DNA of 64,000 nt from Halioglobus sp. (GCA_037969215.1 JBBKWY010000036.1:16065-80064), one strand, 5' to 3'; shown: positions 20,792 through 30,658, numbered from the stretch's first letter. The notes: a model not told the origin generated them from the letters alone. A program made the numbers and translations.

Positions 20792-22093
20792 TCAGTTCGC
20801 CGAACCTACCTGCATCTCTGGTGACTGATTGCGCAGCACTTGAGCCAGCGCCATGTCCATTTGCAGCATGTGTTCTTTCAGCGCGGCGATTTCTGCCTTT
20901 TGTTCTTTCACCACCGTCGTCAATACCGCCACAATGTCCATCGGCGACAGCGACTTGTGGTCACTCGTCGCCACTAGCTCAGGAACGTCTTCTGCTATAA
21001 ACCCCACATACTCCTCATCACGCGAGTTCTTGTATACGTAGCGCACCGGTGAAAGCCCTTCCAGTGCCGCATTCGCATCCTCAGTGCTGAGTATTTCGAT
21101 ATCGTCCTTCAGTTCTCGCGAGGAGGCGTTCGTCCAGACGCCGCCCTTGGTGAGGTGCGCGCCGTTCCATACCGCAATGGTGTCGCCGTCAGCTATCGAT
21201 TTGGTACCTATACCCAACTTGTTGGCGCTGGGCTCCCAGTTGAACTGACCGTACAACAGCGGGGTCTGCTGATTGTTGGTGATGTACAGCGTGTTGCTGC
21301 CGGTTTCAAAATACCCCGCGTTCCATCCGAGGAAGACATTGCCGCTGCCGGTTCTGTTGCTGAAGCCCGCCGTGTTACCGATGGCCATATTGTTCGAACC
21401 ACTGGTGGTGTTGTAGAGCGAGGCAAAACCCTGGGCGGAATTGCCGTTACCAATGGTCATGGAATACAAGGATTTACCGCCCACGCCGTTGTTCCATTTG
21501 CCTTGGATGTTGCTATACATCGAGGTTGACCCGATCGCCGTGTTGAGTTTTCCGGTGGTATTCAAAAAGAGCGACAAACCACCACTGGCCGTGTTGCCGT
21601 CGCCGGTGGTGTTGGAATAGAGCGAAGAAGTGCCACTGGCTGTATTTCCCACGCCAGTGGTGTTTTCCCTGAGTGATTCTGTGCCGCTGGCGGTGTTGTC
21701 GTAGCCGGAGGTATTGAAAGCGAGCGAATTTATGCCAATGGCCGTATTGTTTACTCCGGAGGTATTGGAATAGAGCGATGAAGCGCCAACGGCTGTGTTA
21801 GCTGCACCGGTGGTATTCGTCTGGAGAGAAAATGTGCCTAGGGCCGTGTTGCTATAACCGGTGGTATTGAAGTAGAGCGACTGAGCTCCACTCGCGGTGT
21901 TGCCACTACCGCTGTTGTTGGAATAGAGCGACTCTAGTCCAAAAGCTGAGTTGTAGTCGCCAGTGGTCACGCTCGAGAGTGCGGACGCTCCATAGCTGGT
22001 ATTGCCGGGTTGAGCCAGCACTGGTGAAGAACACAGCAGGGAAGCACTTGCCAGAGCGAGATATACGACAGCTGTTCCATTTTTTATTATCAT
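20792..22093 (-). CDS. Secreted fibre-like repeat protein with a C-terminal endosialidase-type intramolecular chaperone (self-cleaving) domain
   Basis: 433 aa. Signal peptide (ALASASLLCSSPVLAQP). About 12 tandem 17-residue repeats with consensus NTAxGxxSLyxNTxGxx. C-terminus TNASSRELKDDIE...VRYVYK...VGFIAEDVPELV... matches the tail-fibre chaperone domain. AAGGA Shine-Dalgarno sequence before the ATG. Confidence 0.8.
   Translation of the reverse strand: MIIKNGTAVVYLALASASLLCSSPVLAQPGNTSYGASALSSVTTGDYNSAFGLESLYSNNSGSGNTASGAQSLYFNTTGYSNTALGTFSLQTNTTGAANTAVGASSLYSNTSGVNNTAIGINSLAFNTSGYDNTASGTESLRENTTGVGNTASGTSSLYSNTTGDGNTASGGLSLFLNTTGKLNTAIGSTSMYSNIQGKWNNGVGGKSLYSMTIGNGNSAQGFASLYNTTSGSNNMAIGNTAGFSNRTGSGNVFLGWNAGYFETGSNTLYITNNQQTPLLYGQFNWEPSANKLGIGTKSIADGDTIAVWNGAHLTKGGVWTNASSRELKDDIEILSTEDANAALEGLSPVRYVYKNSRDEEYVGFIAEDVPELVATSDHKSLSPMDIVAVLTTVVKEQKAEIAALKEHMLQMDMALAQVLRNQSPEMQVGSAN
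21341..21952 (-). repeat. Degenerate 51-nt (17-codon) tandem coding repeats inside the fibre-like gene
   Basis: Residues about 48-251 can be cut into 12 consecutive 17-mers, each starting N-(T/S/N/M)-(A/G). Confidence 0.7.
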
Positions 22094-22260
22094 AATAATT
22101 CCTTTTGATTACAGTCCATTAGTGGGTGTTGCAGCATAAATATTTCTTTTCTACAGCGCTGTTCTCTCTGTATAGGATATGACTTGCATTAAGTATGCCA
22201 GTCTCAAGAGGAAGTTTCATGCACGTTAGTCAGGATACAGGGAGGACAGAATCACTGGAG

Positions 22261-23307
22261 TCAGCTCAACTGACGGTCTAGTGGATCAGACAGAAGTGGC
22301 GGCACACCGACCTTCGAACCCTCCCCCGCAATCTCCCTCACCAGCTTGGGCACCATGTAGCCTGGTAGTCGGTCAGTCAGTTCCGCCAACAGTTTTTGTG
22401 CCCGCTGTTCAGACACATCAAAATGTGCCGCGCCCTGAACCTTGTCCAGCAAATGCAAGTAGTAAGGCAGCGTGCCCGTGGCGAACAAGCGCTGGCACAG
22501 ATCCAGTTGTGCCTCAAGACTGTCGTTGATATCGGCCAGTAGCACGGACTGGTTTAACAGTGTGATGTCCCGGTGCCGCATCGCTGTCAGGGCCGTCGCG
22601 ACAGCGGCGTCGATTTCGTTGGCGTGGTTACAGTGAATCACCATGATGGTTTGCAGGTCGGTGTGTGTGATGGCGTCCAGTAGCGTGTCCGTGACCCGCT
22701 CTGGAATCACCACGGGCAGACGACTGTGAATGCGCAGGCGGCGCACGTGCGGGATTGCGGCAATCTGCGCCACCAACTGCTGCAGCTGTTCATCGGTGGC
22801 TACCAAGGGGTCGCCGCCGCTCAAAATAACTTCTTCGATGCTGTCATCGGCACTGATGATCTGCATGGCTTCGCGCCATTCCTGACGACTGTTCTGGTTC
22901 TCGCTGTAGGGAAAGTGGCGCCGGAAACAGTACCGACAATTCACCGCGCAACCGCCACTGACAATCAGTAAAACGCGGCCATGATATTTGTGAATGATGC
23001 CGCGATGTGGAATCGTCGCGCCGCTCTCACCCACCGGGTCGCGGATGTAGCCCGGGATATCGAGCATTTCCCGCGGGCTGGACAGCACCTGCAGCAGCAA
23101 TGGGTCGCGCGGGTCACCGCAGCGCATTCTCTGTACAAAGCTGCGGGGTACCTTGAGAGCGAAGTCCTCACAGGCGCCGTTTGCGAGCCCCACCTGGTCC
23201 AGACTCAGGTTCAGCACGCGCAGTAACTCATCGCGTGAGGTAATGACATTGCGCAGTTGGTGCTGCCAATCGTTTGCGGGGGATGGAACTTGGGTTGTTA
23301 ATGGCAC
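22261..23307 (-). CDS. epmB: EF-P beta-lysylation radical-SAM aminomutase (lysine 2,3-aminomutase-like)
   Basis: 348 aa with CAVNCRYCFRR radical-SAM cluster motif. YjeK/KamA-like throughout. Confidence 0.85.
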   Translation of the reverse strand: MPLTTQVPSPANDWQHQLRNVITSRDELLRVLNLSLDQVGLANGACEDFALKVPRSFVQRMRCGDPRDPLLLQVLSSPREMLDIPGYIRDPVGESGATIPHRGIIHKYHGRVLLIVSGGCAVNCRYCFRRHFPYSENQNSRQEWREAMQIISADDSIEEVILSGGDPLVATDEQLQQLVAQIAAIPHVRRLRIHSRLPVVIPERVTDTLLDAITHTDLQTIMVIHCNHANEIDAAVATALTAMRHRDITLLNQSVLLADINDSLEAQLDLCQRLFATGTLPYYLHLLDKVQGAAHFDVSEQRAQKLLAELTDRLPGYMVPKLVREIAGEGSKVGVPPLLSDPLDRQLS

Positions 23308-23532
23308 AGAGGGCCTCAGGTAGCGCGTACTTGGCGGCGGTTATTGTAGCAACGAATGGATGGGCCGTCTGATCCATCGGGGGCGTTCGGTAAAGGAGCG
23401 GGTCCAAAGCGCTTGAACCACGCTTTGTTCTGCTGCGATACTCCGCACGGAGTTCGGCGCCGGCACCGTCATCGGGCGGCGTCTCTGTTAATATCGACCA
23501 CCAATCTGGCTGACACAGTCCTGAGGAAAAAA

Positions 23533-24615
23533 ATGTTCACTACAGATGAGTTGTGCAGCCTGCGCTGGGATCCTGTCAGCGGCAAGGTTGAGATCATTGA
23601 TCAGACGCTATTGCCCCACACACTGCAGTGGTGCCAGCTGGAGTCGCTGGATGCGTTCTGTCATGCCATCTGCACCATGCAGGTACGCGGTGCACCGCTG
23701 ATCGGGATTACCGCAGCGTTTGGGTTGGCGCATGCCCTGTCGGAGGATGCATCCGATGAAAATCTCGCGCGCGCTGGCGCAACGCTGCTGGCGACGCGTC
23801 CCACCGCGGTGAATTTGCGCTGGGCACTGGACGAGATCAGCCACGCTGTTCGCGAACTGGAGCCATCGGAGCGGCCGCTAGCAGCACTGGACAAGGCGCG
23901 CGCCTTGCGCGAAGAGGATATCGCGAACTGCGAGCGGATTGGCGACAATGGATTGCAGCTGCTGCGCGCCCTGCACGTGGGCGACTGTCTCAATATCATG
24001 ACCCACTGCAACGCTGGTTGGCTCGCTACCGTCCAATGGGGCACGGCGCTGGCGCCAATCTATAAGGCGCACAGCAGTGGCATTCCGGTCCATGTCTGGG
24101 TATCCGAGACACGGCCGCGCAATCAGGGCACGAATCTCACCGCCTGGGAGTTACAGCGCGCGGGTGTTCCGTGCACCATTGTTGCGGATAACAGTTGCGG
24201 TCAGTTGATGCGCCAGGGTCGGGTGGATTGTGTGATTGTTGGCAGCGATCGCACCGCAGCCAATGGCGATGTGTGCAATAAAGTAGGTACTTATCTCAAA
24301 GCCCTGGCCGCGCATGCCAACGATGTCCCGTTTTATGTCGCGCTGCCAGAATCAACTATTGACTGGGCATGCCCCGGCGGCGACCAGATCCCCATTGAGG
24401 AGCGGGATGAGGCGGAGCTGCTGAGTATCGCGGGGTTGGATGCCGCGGGTGAACTGCGCGCAGTGACTCTGGCAGGGGCAAATAGTCGCGCCCTGAATCA
24501 GGCCTTCGACGTGACGCCTGCGGAGCTGGTCAGGAAGCTGATTACCGAGCACGGAAATTTCGAGGCCAGTGAGAAAGGTTTACAGCACCTGCGGTCAGGG
24601 AAGACAAGTGCTTGA
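23533..24615 (+). CDS. mtnA: S-methyl-5-thioribose-1-phosphate isomerase
   Basis: eIF-2B/MtnA family (VRGAPLIGITAAFG, GSDRTAANGDVCNKVGTY). ATG at 23533 (MFTTDEL) is preferred; the track start at 23356 adds 59 low-complexity residues. Confidence 0.9.
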   Translation: MFTTDELCSLRWDPVSGKVEIIDQTLLPHTLQWCQLESLDAFCHAICTMQVRGAPLIGITAAFGLAHALSEDASDENLARAGATLLATRPTAVNLRWALDEISHAVRELEPSERPLAALDKARALREEDIANCERIGDNGLQLLRALHVGDCLNIMTHCNAGWLATVQWGTALAPIYKAHSSGIPVHVWVSETRPRNQGTNLTAWELQRAGVPCTIVADNSCGQLMRQGRVDCVIVGSDRTAANGDVCNKVGTYLKALAAHANDVPFYVALPESTIDWACPGGDQIPIEERDEAELLSIAGLDAAGELRAVTLAGANSRALNQAFDVTPAELVRKLITEHGNFEASEKGLQHLRSGKTSA

Positions 24616-24630
24616 GGATGTCAGGGCGAG

Positions 24631-24648
24631 TGGGACCTGCGTCCCACG
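24631..24648. terminator. Hairpin between convergent mtnA and the small acidic protein gene
   Basis: GTGGGAC-CTGC-GTCCCAC, a perfect 7-bp stem. Weak T-tract (GGTTGATT) on the plus strand. Confidence 0.4.
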
Positions 24649-24654
24649 GTTGAT

Positions 24655-24876
24655 TCAGTTGTAATCCAGATGTAAATCGTAGTCGCCCAGCTCATCGCGC
24701 AAACGCTTCTCTTCCAGACGCTGCTCGGCCAGGCGGCGCTTTTCCACCAGACGCTGCTTTTCCGAAGACAGCGGTGAAAAATCCTGAAGCATCTCGTCAG
24801 AAATGTCCCCCAGCCCCGGTTCGAAGAAATCATCCAACTGCTCAGGCGTCGAAGATTCCTGATTACGTTCTCCCAT
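24655..24876 (-). CDS. Small acidic coiled-coil protein, function unknown
   Basis: 73 aa. Strong Shine-Dalgarno sequence GGGAGGTG 4 nt upstream of the ATG at 24876. Charged heptad-like segment EKQRLVEKRRLAEQRLEEKRLRDE. Confidence 0.6.
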   Translation of the reverse strand: MGERNQESSTPEQLDDFFEPGLGDISDEMLQDFSPLSSEKQRLVEKRRLAEQRLEEKRLRDELGDYDLHLDYN

Positions 24877-25352
24877 AAATCACCTCCCGATGATCCAAAA
24901 CAGACAACTTTTGCGGCACAGTATTTTCACTGGTCGCTGAGGGCGAGTTAAGCAAAAATACGCGGGTGGAACAACGAAATACTTTTGTCAGTTTTGCGCA
25001 TATTTTATAGGGAAAAAGACCGGCGCCCCGCTGCCTTCCGTGGCGCTCCCTGTGCACCGAGCTACATCCTTGTAGAGTCCGTCCCTGGATTGGCACAAGC
25101 GCTGCGGGCCGCCGGAATACTAGTAGAGCAAGTTCGGTGCCAACCAGGCACGCTACCCGGCGCGTGGTTGTGGCAGTGCACAGCAGAGAGGGCGACATGT
25201 CCGGCACCGTCCACGATTGTTCGCGGTCGCCAGGACGTGTAGCAGATAACCACGCAGAGTACGCGCTTGCCTACAGGGACTTGCGAGGCCGCAGGGTGCT
25301 GGTTAGAGTGGCGCATTGTTTATCCCTGACCGTATCTATTCGAGGAGAGATT

Positions 25353-26462
25353 ATGGCTTTGTTGCACACGCCGCTGGATGCCCTACACAGAGAACTGGGA
25401 GCCAAGATGGTCCCTTTTGCCGGCTACGATATGCCGGTGCAGTACGCTGCGGGCATCATTAAAGAGCATTTGCATACACGGCAGGCAGCCGGGTTGTTCG
25501 ATGTCTCGCACATGGGGCAAGTGCTGGTGCAGGGTGCGGGGAGCGCGGCGATGCTTGAGTCACTGGTGCCGGTGGATGTGGCAGCACTCGCCATCAACCA
25601 ACAGACTTACGCCTTGTTCACCACAGACAGTGGTGGTGTGCTGGACGACCTGATTATTACCCGCTGGAGCGAGGATCAGTTTTTTCTGGTGGTGAATGCC
25701 GGTTGTAAAACTGAGGATATCGCACATCTACGGGCGCATCTGTCGGGTCAGACGCTGACCGTGCTGGAGGATCACGCGCTGCTGGCGTTACAGGGGCCGG
25801 CAGCGCGCGATGTGATGCGCACGCTGTGTCCGGAAGCCGCGCAACTCACCTTTATGCACGGCTGTGCGGCGCTTATCGATGGGGTGGAGGCGTACATTAC
25901 CTGTTCAGGCTACACCGGCGAGGACGGTTTTGAGATCTCCGTGCCCGCTGCGGCGGCCCAGAGCATTGCGCGCCGACTACTGGCGGTAGAATCCGTGCAG
26001 GCGATTGGGTTGGGCGCGCGCGATTCCCTGCGGCTTGAGGCCGGCTTGTGCCTGTACGGGCATGAATTGAGTACAGACATTGATCCCGTGCAGGCCGGGC
26101 TGCTGTGGTCTATCAGCAAGTCACGCCGGGAGGATGGAGCCCGCGCGGGTGGATTCCCGGGTGAGAAAGTGATCTTTGCGCGCATCGCGGACAAGCCGGC
26201 ACTGTGTCGTGTCGGCCTCACCGTGGATGGCAAGCGACCAGTGCGCGACGGTCAGGTCGTCATGGATGAAACGGGTCGGGAGGTGGGAAAGGTATGCTCT
26301 GCCTGTTACGGCGCCAGTGTCGGTGGCCCTATCGCGATGGCCTATATCGAGCGCGCGCTGGGGGCGGCGGGCACGAAACTGCTGGTCGCGGTGCGGGATA
26401 AACAGGTGCCGGTGACAGTGACCACTATGCCCTTTACTCCTCGGCGCTACTTCCGGGGTTGA
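25353..26462 (+). CDS. gcvT: Glycine cleavage system aminomethyltransferase (T protein)
   Basis: MALLHTPLDALHRELGAKMVPFAGYDMPVQY...FDVSHMGQ. GAGGAGA Shine-Dalgarno sequence 5 nt before the ATG at 25353. The track ORF is open 72 codons further upstream. Confidence 0.9.
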   Translation: MALLHTPLDALHRELGAKMVPFAGYDMPVQYAAGIIKEHLHTRQAAGLFDVSHMGQVLVQGAGSAAMLESLVPVDVAALAINQQTYALFTTDSGGVLDDLIITRWSEDQFFLVVNAGCKTEDIAHLRAHLSGQTLTVLEDHALLALQGPAARDVMRTLCPEAAQLTFMHGCAALIDGVEAYITCSGYTGEDGFEISVPAAAAQSIARRLLAVESVQAIGLGARDSLRLEAGLCLYGHELSTDIDPVQAGLLWSISKSRREDGARAGGFPGEKVIFARIADKPALCRVGLTVDGKRPVRDGQVVMDETGREVGKVCSACYGASVGGPIAMAYIERALGAAGTKLLVAVRDKQVPVTVTTMPFTPRRYFRG

Positions 26463-27519
26463 GGCGTGTCGCCAGCGCGGGTTTGAACAGACCACGCAGG
26501 CGATGCAGCCATTGGGACAGTTGTGCTCGCCAGCGAGCCAGTGGCAGCCGGGGTAAAACGCGTCTGGCCAGCAACACCGTGGCTACCAGCAGGCCGATAC
26601 CGACAGCCAGTAGTAACCATTGGCGCGTGCTGATGGCAAAGGGGCTGCTCGGGACTTGCTGGTCGGAGACTGTGCCAGCGACATCGATGCGCGTTTCTGG
26701 CAGGGACAAGCGCTTCAGTTCACCGCTTTGCGTATTCCACCAGAAATAATCCTGTGTGGGCAGCAGGTAGCTCCCCGGCTGCTCGATCACGTAGCTGATG
26801 CGAATACTGCGACTGGCAAGGTGCTGTCCGCGGTTGTTGCTGTTCTCCAGTGTCGGGGGTGACGGATACGCGGCGAGGCCAGGCTGATTCGCGGTGTCGT
26901 AGCCCGGCAGCATCATGGCCAACACGTCCGATGCCTCGAACGTGACCTCCTGTTCGAACGCGTCTCCTACCGTCAGGCTATCAAGCGCGCGGTTAAAGCT
27001 CTGGCTTACGCGAAACTCCGGCGCTGCCACCCACTGTTGCACCTCTGCCAGGCGCGCTGGAATCGCCACACTGAACTGCTGGGGTGGGCTGTGCAACTCA
27101 CCCTTCACGTTGCCCTCTTCTCCCGCGTTTACCTGTATCTGAAGCGGCACTGGGCCGATGGTGAATTCACCGGCCCGTTGGGGAAAGACATCCAGGGTCC
27201 AGCGCTGTATCACCCAGCTCTGGCCGTTGCGGTTCTCGCTGGCATTGCTGGCGAACTGCTCTGTTTGCAATATGATCAGGCCCGGCACTTCAGGAATCCC
27301 GATACGGGTGCCGCCGGTAAACCAGGTGTCGGTGGCGATCTCCAGTGTCAGCTTGACGCGCTGCCCCGGCACGATACCCGTGGTCGGTGTTATTTCGCTG
27401 TCGATATGCAGGTGTCCGGACGCCTGCAACGCCTCCAGTGAGGTGGCAAAAGTGGCTGTGCTAAACGCTGTAGTCAGCGCTAACACGCAAGCCGGCAGCC
27501 AAAATCGGGCGAGCTTCAC
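26434..27519 (-). CDS. BatD-like (oxygen-tolerance family) exported protein with a C-terminal TM anchor
   Basis: 361 aa with a signal peptide (ALTTAFSTATFA) and a late TM helix (WLLLAVGIGLLVATVLLA). Last gene of the MoxR/VWA operon. Its 3' end overlaps the gcvT 3' end by 29 nt (convergent). Confidence 0.75.
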   Translation of the reverse strand: MKLARFWLPACVLALTTAFSTATFATSLEALQASGHLHIDSEITPTTGIVPGQRVKLTLEIATDTWFTGGTRIGIPEVPGLIILQTEQFASNASENRNGQSWVIQRWTLDVFPQRAGEFTIGPVPLQIQVNAGEEGNVKGELHSPPQQFSVAIPARLAEVQQWVAAPEFRVSQSFNRALDSLTVGDAFEQEVTFEASDVLAMMLPGYDTANQPGLAAYPSPPTLENSNNRGQHLASRSIRISYVIEQPGSYLLPTQDYFWWNTQSGELKRLSLPETRIDVAGTVSDQQVPSSPFAISTRQWLLLAVGIGLLVATVLLARRVLPRLPLARWRAQLSQWLHRLRGLFKPALATRLNPGSSAEE

Positions 27520-29168
27520 TGGGCACCCTGCGGTTGAGGTTCTGTCTCTTTACCTTGCAGCTGCATGGCGAACTTGATGGCCAAAAAGTTGGACGGATCC
27601 TGTTGTACGCCGCGCAGCCACATCTCGCTGGTGGCGGGATCCTGTAAAATCTGCTCGGCTGTCAGCTGTTTGATCTGTGCCTCCTGCCAGACGATTTCTT
27701 CCGCGCCCTGGGCGGCAATGGCGTCGTCACTGCCCATCTCCTTCTCCTCAGAGCCGACACCGGCCTCTTCTTGCTGGCTCTCACTGAGACGGTTGATTTC
27801 GTCGATCAGCGCCTGCACTTGCGTGCGATTTGCGACAGCGCCGGGATACTGCGGCTGGCGCGCCAGCAGGCGATCGTAGCGATTGACCGCGCGCACATAA
27901 TCCCGCGCCTGAGCGCGGGCGTTGGCCTCGTTGAACAGTGCGTCATCACTGTCGCGGCGGGAAAAATACTCCGCCGCCAGCATGAACTCCTCGCCGAAGT
28001 AGTAGGCCATACCTTTCCACATCGGGTCTGTGAATCGAGCGGCGGCCTCGGGGTAGCGCCCCAGTTGCATCAACAGGCGCCCCTGTTGATCGCCGCTCAG
28101 CCACCAGTCCGCAAACCAGTGACTGGCGCTGCCGGCCACGGCATTTTCCGGGACTTCGCTCTGTGCTACCGCCGGCAAAGGCGCGGAGCTCAGTATCACC
28201 GGCAGCAATAAACAGGCCCAGGTCAGGGTCCAGCCTTTGCGGAACCACATCAGGAACAGGATCATCGCCGGGAAAACCAGCGGGTAGCCGCTGTCGAGCC
28301 ACGGCAGCGCGCTGTCCTCGATCACCACGTAGTGGCTGTCTACGCGGCGATTGATTTGGCGGACATCGGCGTCGTCTACGGTCAGCGACACATAGTTTCC
28401 GTTCACTGCGGCAGCCAGTGCTTCCAGTGATTGTCGTTCCAGTGGTGCGCTTCCCGGGGCTTCGGTTTCACTGCCTATGCCCTCCACCACCAGTTGATGC
28501 GGACGACTCGCAAAAAATCGCTCAAACGCCTGCTCGCTGTCTGCCCCCAGGCCATCGGTGAACATCACCACGGTGGCGGGGGCCTGGGTCTCACGCAGTA
28601 TTTCGTCTACCAGCGGCAGACAGTACTCGGGAAACTTGCCGGAGCGCGGCATGACGGCGGGTGTGATCGCGGCAAGATACTGGTTGAGGATCTCCTGGTC
28701 AGCGGTGAGTGACAATACGGTGTGGGCCGTACCAGAATACGCCACTAATGCTGTCTGCTTGTCCGGTCGCAGCGTCAGCAGGTCGGAAATTTTTTGCTTG
28801 GCACGCTGCAGGCGGTTGGGCTGCACATCGGTTTGCTGCATGGAACTGGAGGCATCCAGCAAGATAATGAGGGCCGCCTCGTCCTGATTTAGCGGCGAGG
28901 GCTGCTGGCGCCAACTGGGTCCCATCAGTACCAGCAGCGCCAGCAGCATGAACACCATCGAGAAGTTGCGCGGGTTGAGCCAGCGTGTATCGAAACGCTG
29001 TAGACGCAGGTGTTGCAGCAGGTGCGGCGCGATGATGCCGCCGAACATATCCCTGTCGGCGCGCTGCCGATTCTGTACCAACACCATCGCCAGCCACGGT
29101 ATCACCAGCAGGCCCCACTCGGGGCGCAGGAAGTGAAAGTACTGTAGCGCGCTGAGGTCAGGTAGCAT
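27516..29168 (-). CDS. Membrane VWA-domain protein fused to a TPR region (BatB+BatC-like)
   Basis: Preferred start is ATG at 29168 (MLPDLSALQYFHFLRPEW). N-terminal TM helices, VWA MIDAS motif LLDASSSM, TPR-like repeats, and an acidic C-terminal tail. The track start at 29327 runs into the upstream gene. Confidence 0.8.
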   Translation of the reverse strand: MLPDLSALQYFHFLRPEWGLLVIPWLAMVLVQNRQRADRDMFGGIIAPHLLQHLRLQRFDTRWLNPRNFSMVFMLLALLVLMGPSWRQQPSPLNQDEAALIILLDASSSMQQTDVQPNRLQRAKQKISDLLTLRPDKQTALVAYSGTAHTVLSLTADQEILNQYLAAITPAVMPRSGKFPEYCLPLVDEILRETQAPATVVMFTDGLGADSEQAFERFFASRPHQLVVEGIGSETEAPGSAPLERQSLEALAAAVNGNYVSLTVDDADVRQINRRVDSHYVVIEDSALPWLDSGYPLVFPAMILFLMWFRKGWTLTWACLLLPVILSSAPLPAVAQSEVPENAVAGSASHWFADWWLSGDQQGRLLMQLGRYPEAAARFTDPMWKGMAYYFGEEFMLAAEYFSRRDSDDALFNEANARAQARDYVRAVNRYDRLLARQPQYPGAVANRTQVQALIDEINRLSESQQEEAGVGSEEKEMGSDDAIAAQGAEEIVWQEAQIKQLTAEQILQDPATSEMWLRGVQQDPSNFLAIKFAMQLQGKETEPQPQGAQ

Positions 29169-30159
29169 CACGGGTACCTGTTCTGTGCAGGGCGCGCCAC
29201 GTGCGCCAGGTTCCGAAACTGTGGTACAGCGTGTACAGCACCAGCGCGATGGCAATGGGCAGCCAGTGCAGACTTTGCCGCGGTCGAAAGCTGATGCTCT
29301 CGTAGATTTCGGGCTCCAGTGTGGCAATGGCCTGGTAGGCGCGCCGCAGTTCCGTCTGGTCCAGCGCCTGGAAAGACTGACCCCCGGTCACTTCAGAGAC
29401 GCGGTTGATGGTGTCCAGATCCAGCGCCTCCTCGCCGGCCGAGGCGGGATCGCCGATGGCAATGGTATAGATACGAATGCCGTAGGTTTTGGCCACCTTG
29501 GCGGCATCGATCGGGGGTACGGTGCTGCCGGTGTCATTGCCATCGGTCAACATGATCAGCACGCGGTTGTCTGAGTCGCTCTCCTTGAACAGTTTTATCG
29601 CCAGCCCAATCGCATCGCCAAACACGGTACTCTGCCCCGCCATGCCGATCTCGGTTTCCGTGAGTAGTTGCTCCCAGACGATATGGTCATCGGTGAACGG
29701 TGTTTGCAGATAGGCGGCGCTGCCAAATACGATGAGACCGAGACGATCGGAGGCACGTTGGTCCGCCAGTTCCGCCAGTACCTGTTTTACGGCTTGCAGT
29801 CGATCCAGCGTCGCGCCGTCCGGCAGGACGAAATCACGTGTCTCCATGGAGCCGGATAAATCCACCGCGATCATCAGGTCGCGACCGGATTTTTGTTGTT
29901 CGATCGGCGCGCCAATCCATTCAGGTTTGGCCGCAGCCAGTACCAGACAAAGCCACATAAAGCCGACCAGCACCCGCTGGACACGGTCGCGCCGCAGAAT
30001 CATCGCACCGCTGCCGGGGCGCAGTTCACTCAATTCTACGAGTTTATCGAAGAACGGTACCCTGACTGAATCGCGACTTTCCCGGTAAGCGGGAAGCAGC
30101 CACATGATCAGGGGCAGCGCCAGCAGGACTAACGCCCAGGGGTGGGCCAGCTCATACAT
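29158..30159 (-). CDS. Membrane VWA-domain protein (BatA-like)
   Basis: 333 aa. N-terminal TM pair, VWA MIDAS motif AVDLSGSM, C-terminal TM helix. Confidence 0.85.
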   Translation of the reverse strand: MYELAHPWALVLLALPLIMWLLPAYRESRDSVRVPFFDKLVELSELRPGSGAMILRRDRVQRVLVGFMWLCLVLAAAKPEWIGAPIEQQKSGRDLMIAVDLSGSMETRDFVLPDGATLDRLQAVKQVLAELADQRASDRLGLIVFGSAAYLQTPFTDDHIVWEQLLTETEIGMAGQSTVFGDAIGLAIKLFKESDSDNRVLIMLTDGNDTGSTVPPIDAAKVAKTYGIRIYTIAIGDPASAGEEALDLDTINRVSEVTGGQSFQALDQTELRRAYQAIATLEPEIYESISFRPRQSLHWLPIAIALVLYTLYHSFGTWRTWRALHRTGTRDAT

Positions 30160-30658
30160 GTGTTGGGGTCTCGTGTTGTTGGACCCAGTTCAGGCAGGCG
30201 GCAAATAAAGCCTGTCGCGTCGCGTCGGCCACAGTGGCGTTTTCGTAGACTCCCCGCGCCAGCAAATTGCCCTGGTCTGGCGAGAACGGCGGCGACACGC
30301 AGTGTCGATTAAGAAAGTCGACCCACTCTTTCCCCGATAGCCGTGCCACCTGCTCGCGAGAGAACGCGGCTAGCGCAGTGAGTTTCAGGAGTCTGTTGAG
30401 CTCGATCAGCCAGCTGTCCTGTGGCCCGGCCTGCGCAAGCTGCTGCAGTCTCACCGTCGCCTCTCGCCGATAGCGGTTGCGATACCAGTGCCGCAGTCTC
30501 TGCCAACTGTAGTACGCCAGCCCAGCCAGCAGTAGGACCCCCAGCCACGCCCACCCGGCTGTTTGTGGCAGCCAGCTGATGTCCTCGGGTGACACCACCT
30601 CCACAAAGTCGCGCAGCGCGTAATTGCCAAAGATATCCGGCAGCGGCGGCGCACTCAC
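30152..30658 (-). CDS. DUF4381-like single-TM protein
   Basis: 168 aa with TM helix WAWLGVLLLAGLAYY followed by an RxxYRR-rich segment. Conserved position between the DUF58 and VWA genes. Confidence 0.7.
   Translation of the reverse strand: MSAPPLPDIFGNYALRDFVEVVSPEDISWLPQTAGWAWLGVLLLAGLAYYSWQRLRHWYRNRYRREATVRLQQLAQAGPQDSWLIELNRLLKLTALAAFSREQVARLSGKEWVDFLNRHCVSPPFSPDQGNLLARGVYENATVADATRQALFAACLNWVQQHETPTHV

Noticed and set aside
23356-23532. N-terminal extensions of track ORFs. This one is on mtnA; similar cases are gcvT from 25137, the VWA-TPR gene to 29327, the RIO kinase to 57509, the serine hydrolase from 52961, MAPEG to 52973, and hemE from 5847.
   Set aside because: In each case an internal start with a Shine-Dalgarno sequence coincides with the conserved family N-terminus. 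The extension is low-complexity or overlaps the neighbouring gene.
24990-25340. Glycine riboswitch upstream of gcvT
   Set aside because: The conserved aptamer cores (…ACCGAAGGGGCAA… and …CTCAGGCAAAAGGAC…) are absent. Only loose resemblance (GAGAG, GCACCG, AGGAC) is present. The region is kept as a low-interest unexplained leader, not called as a riboswitch.
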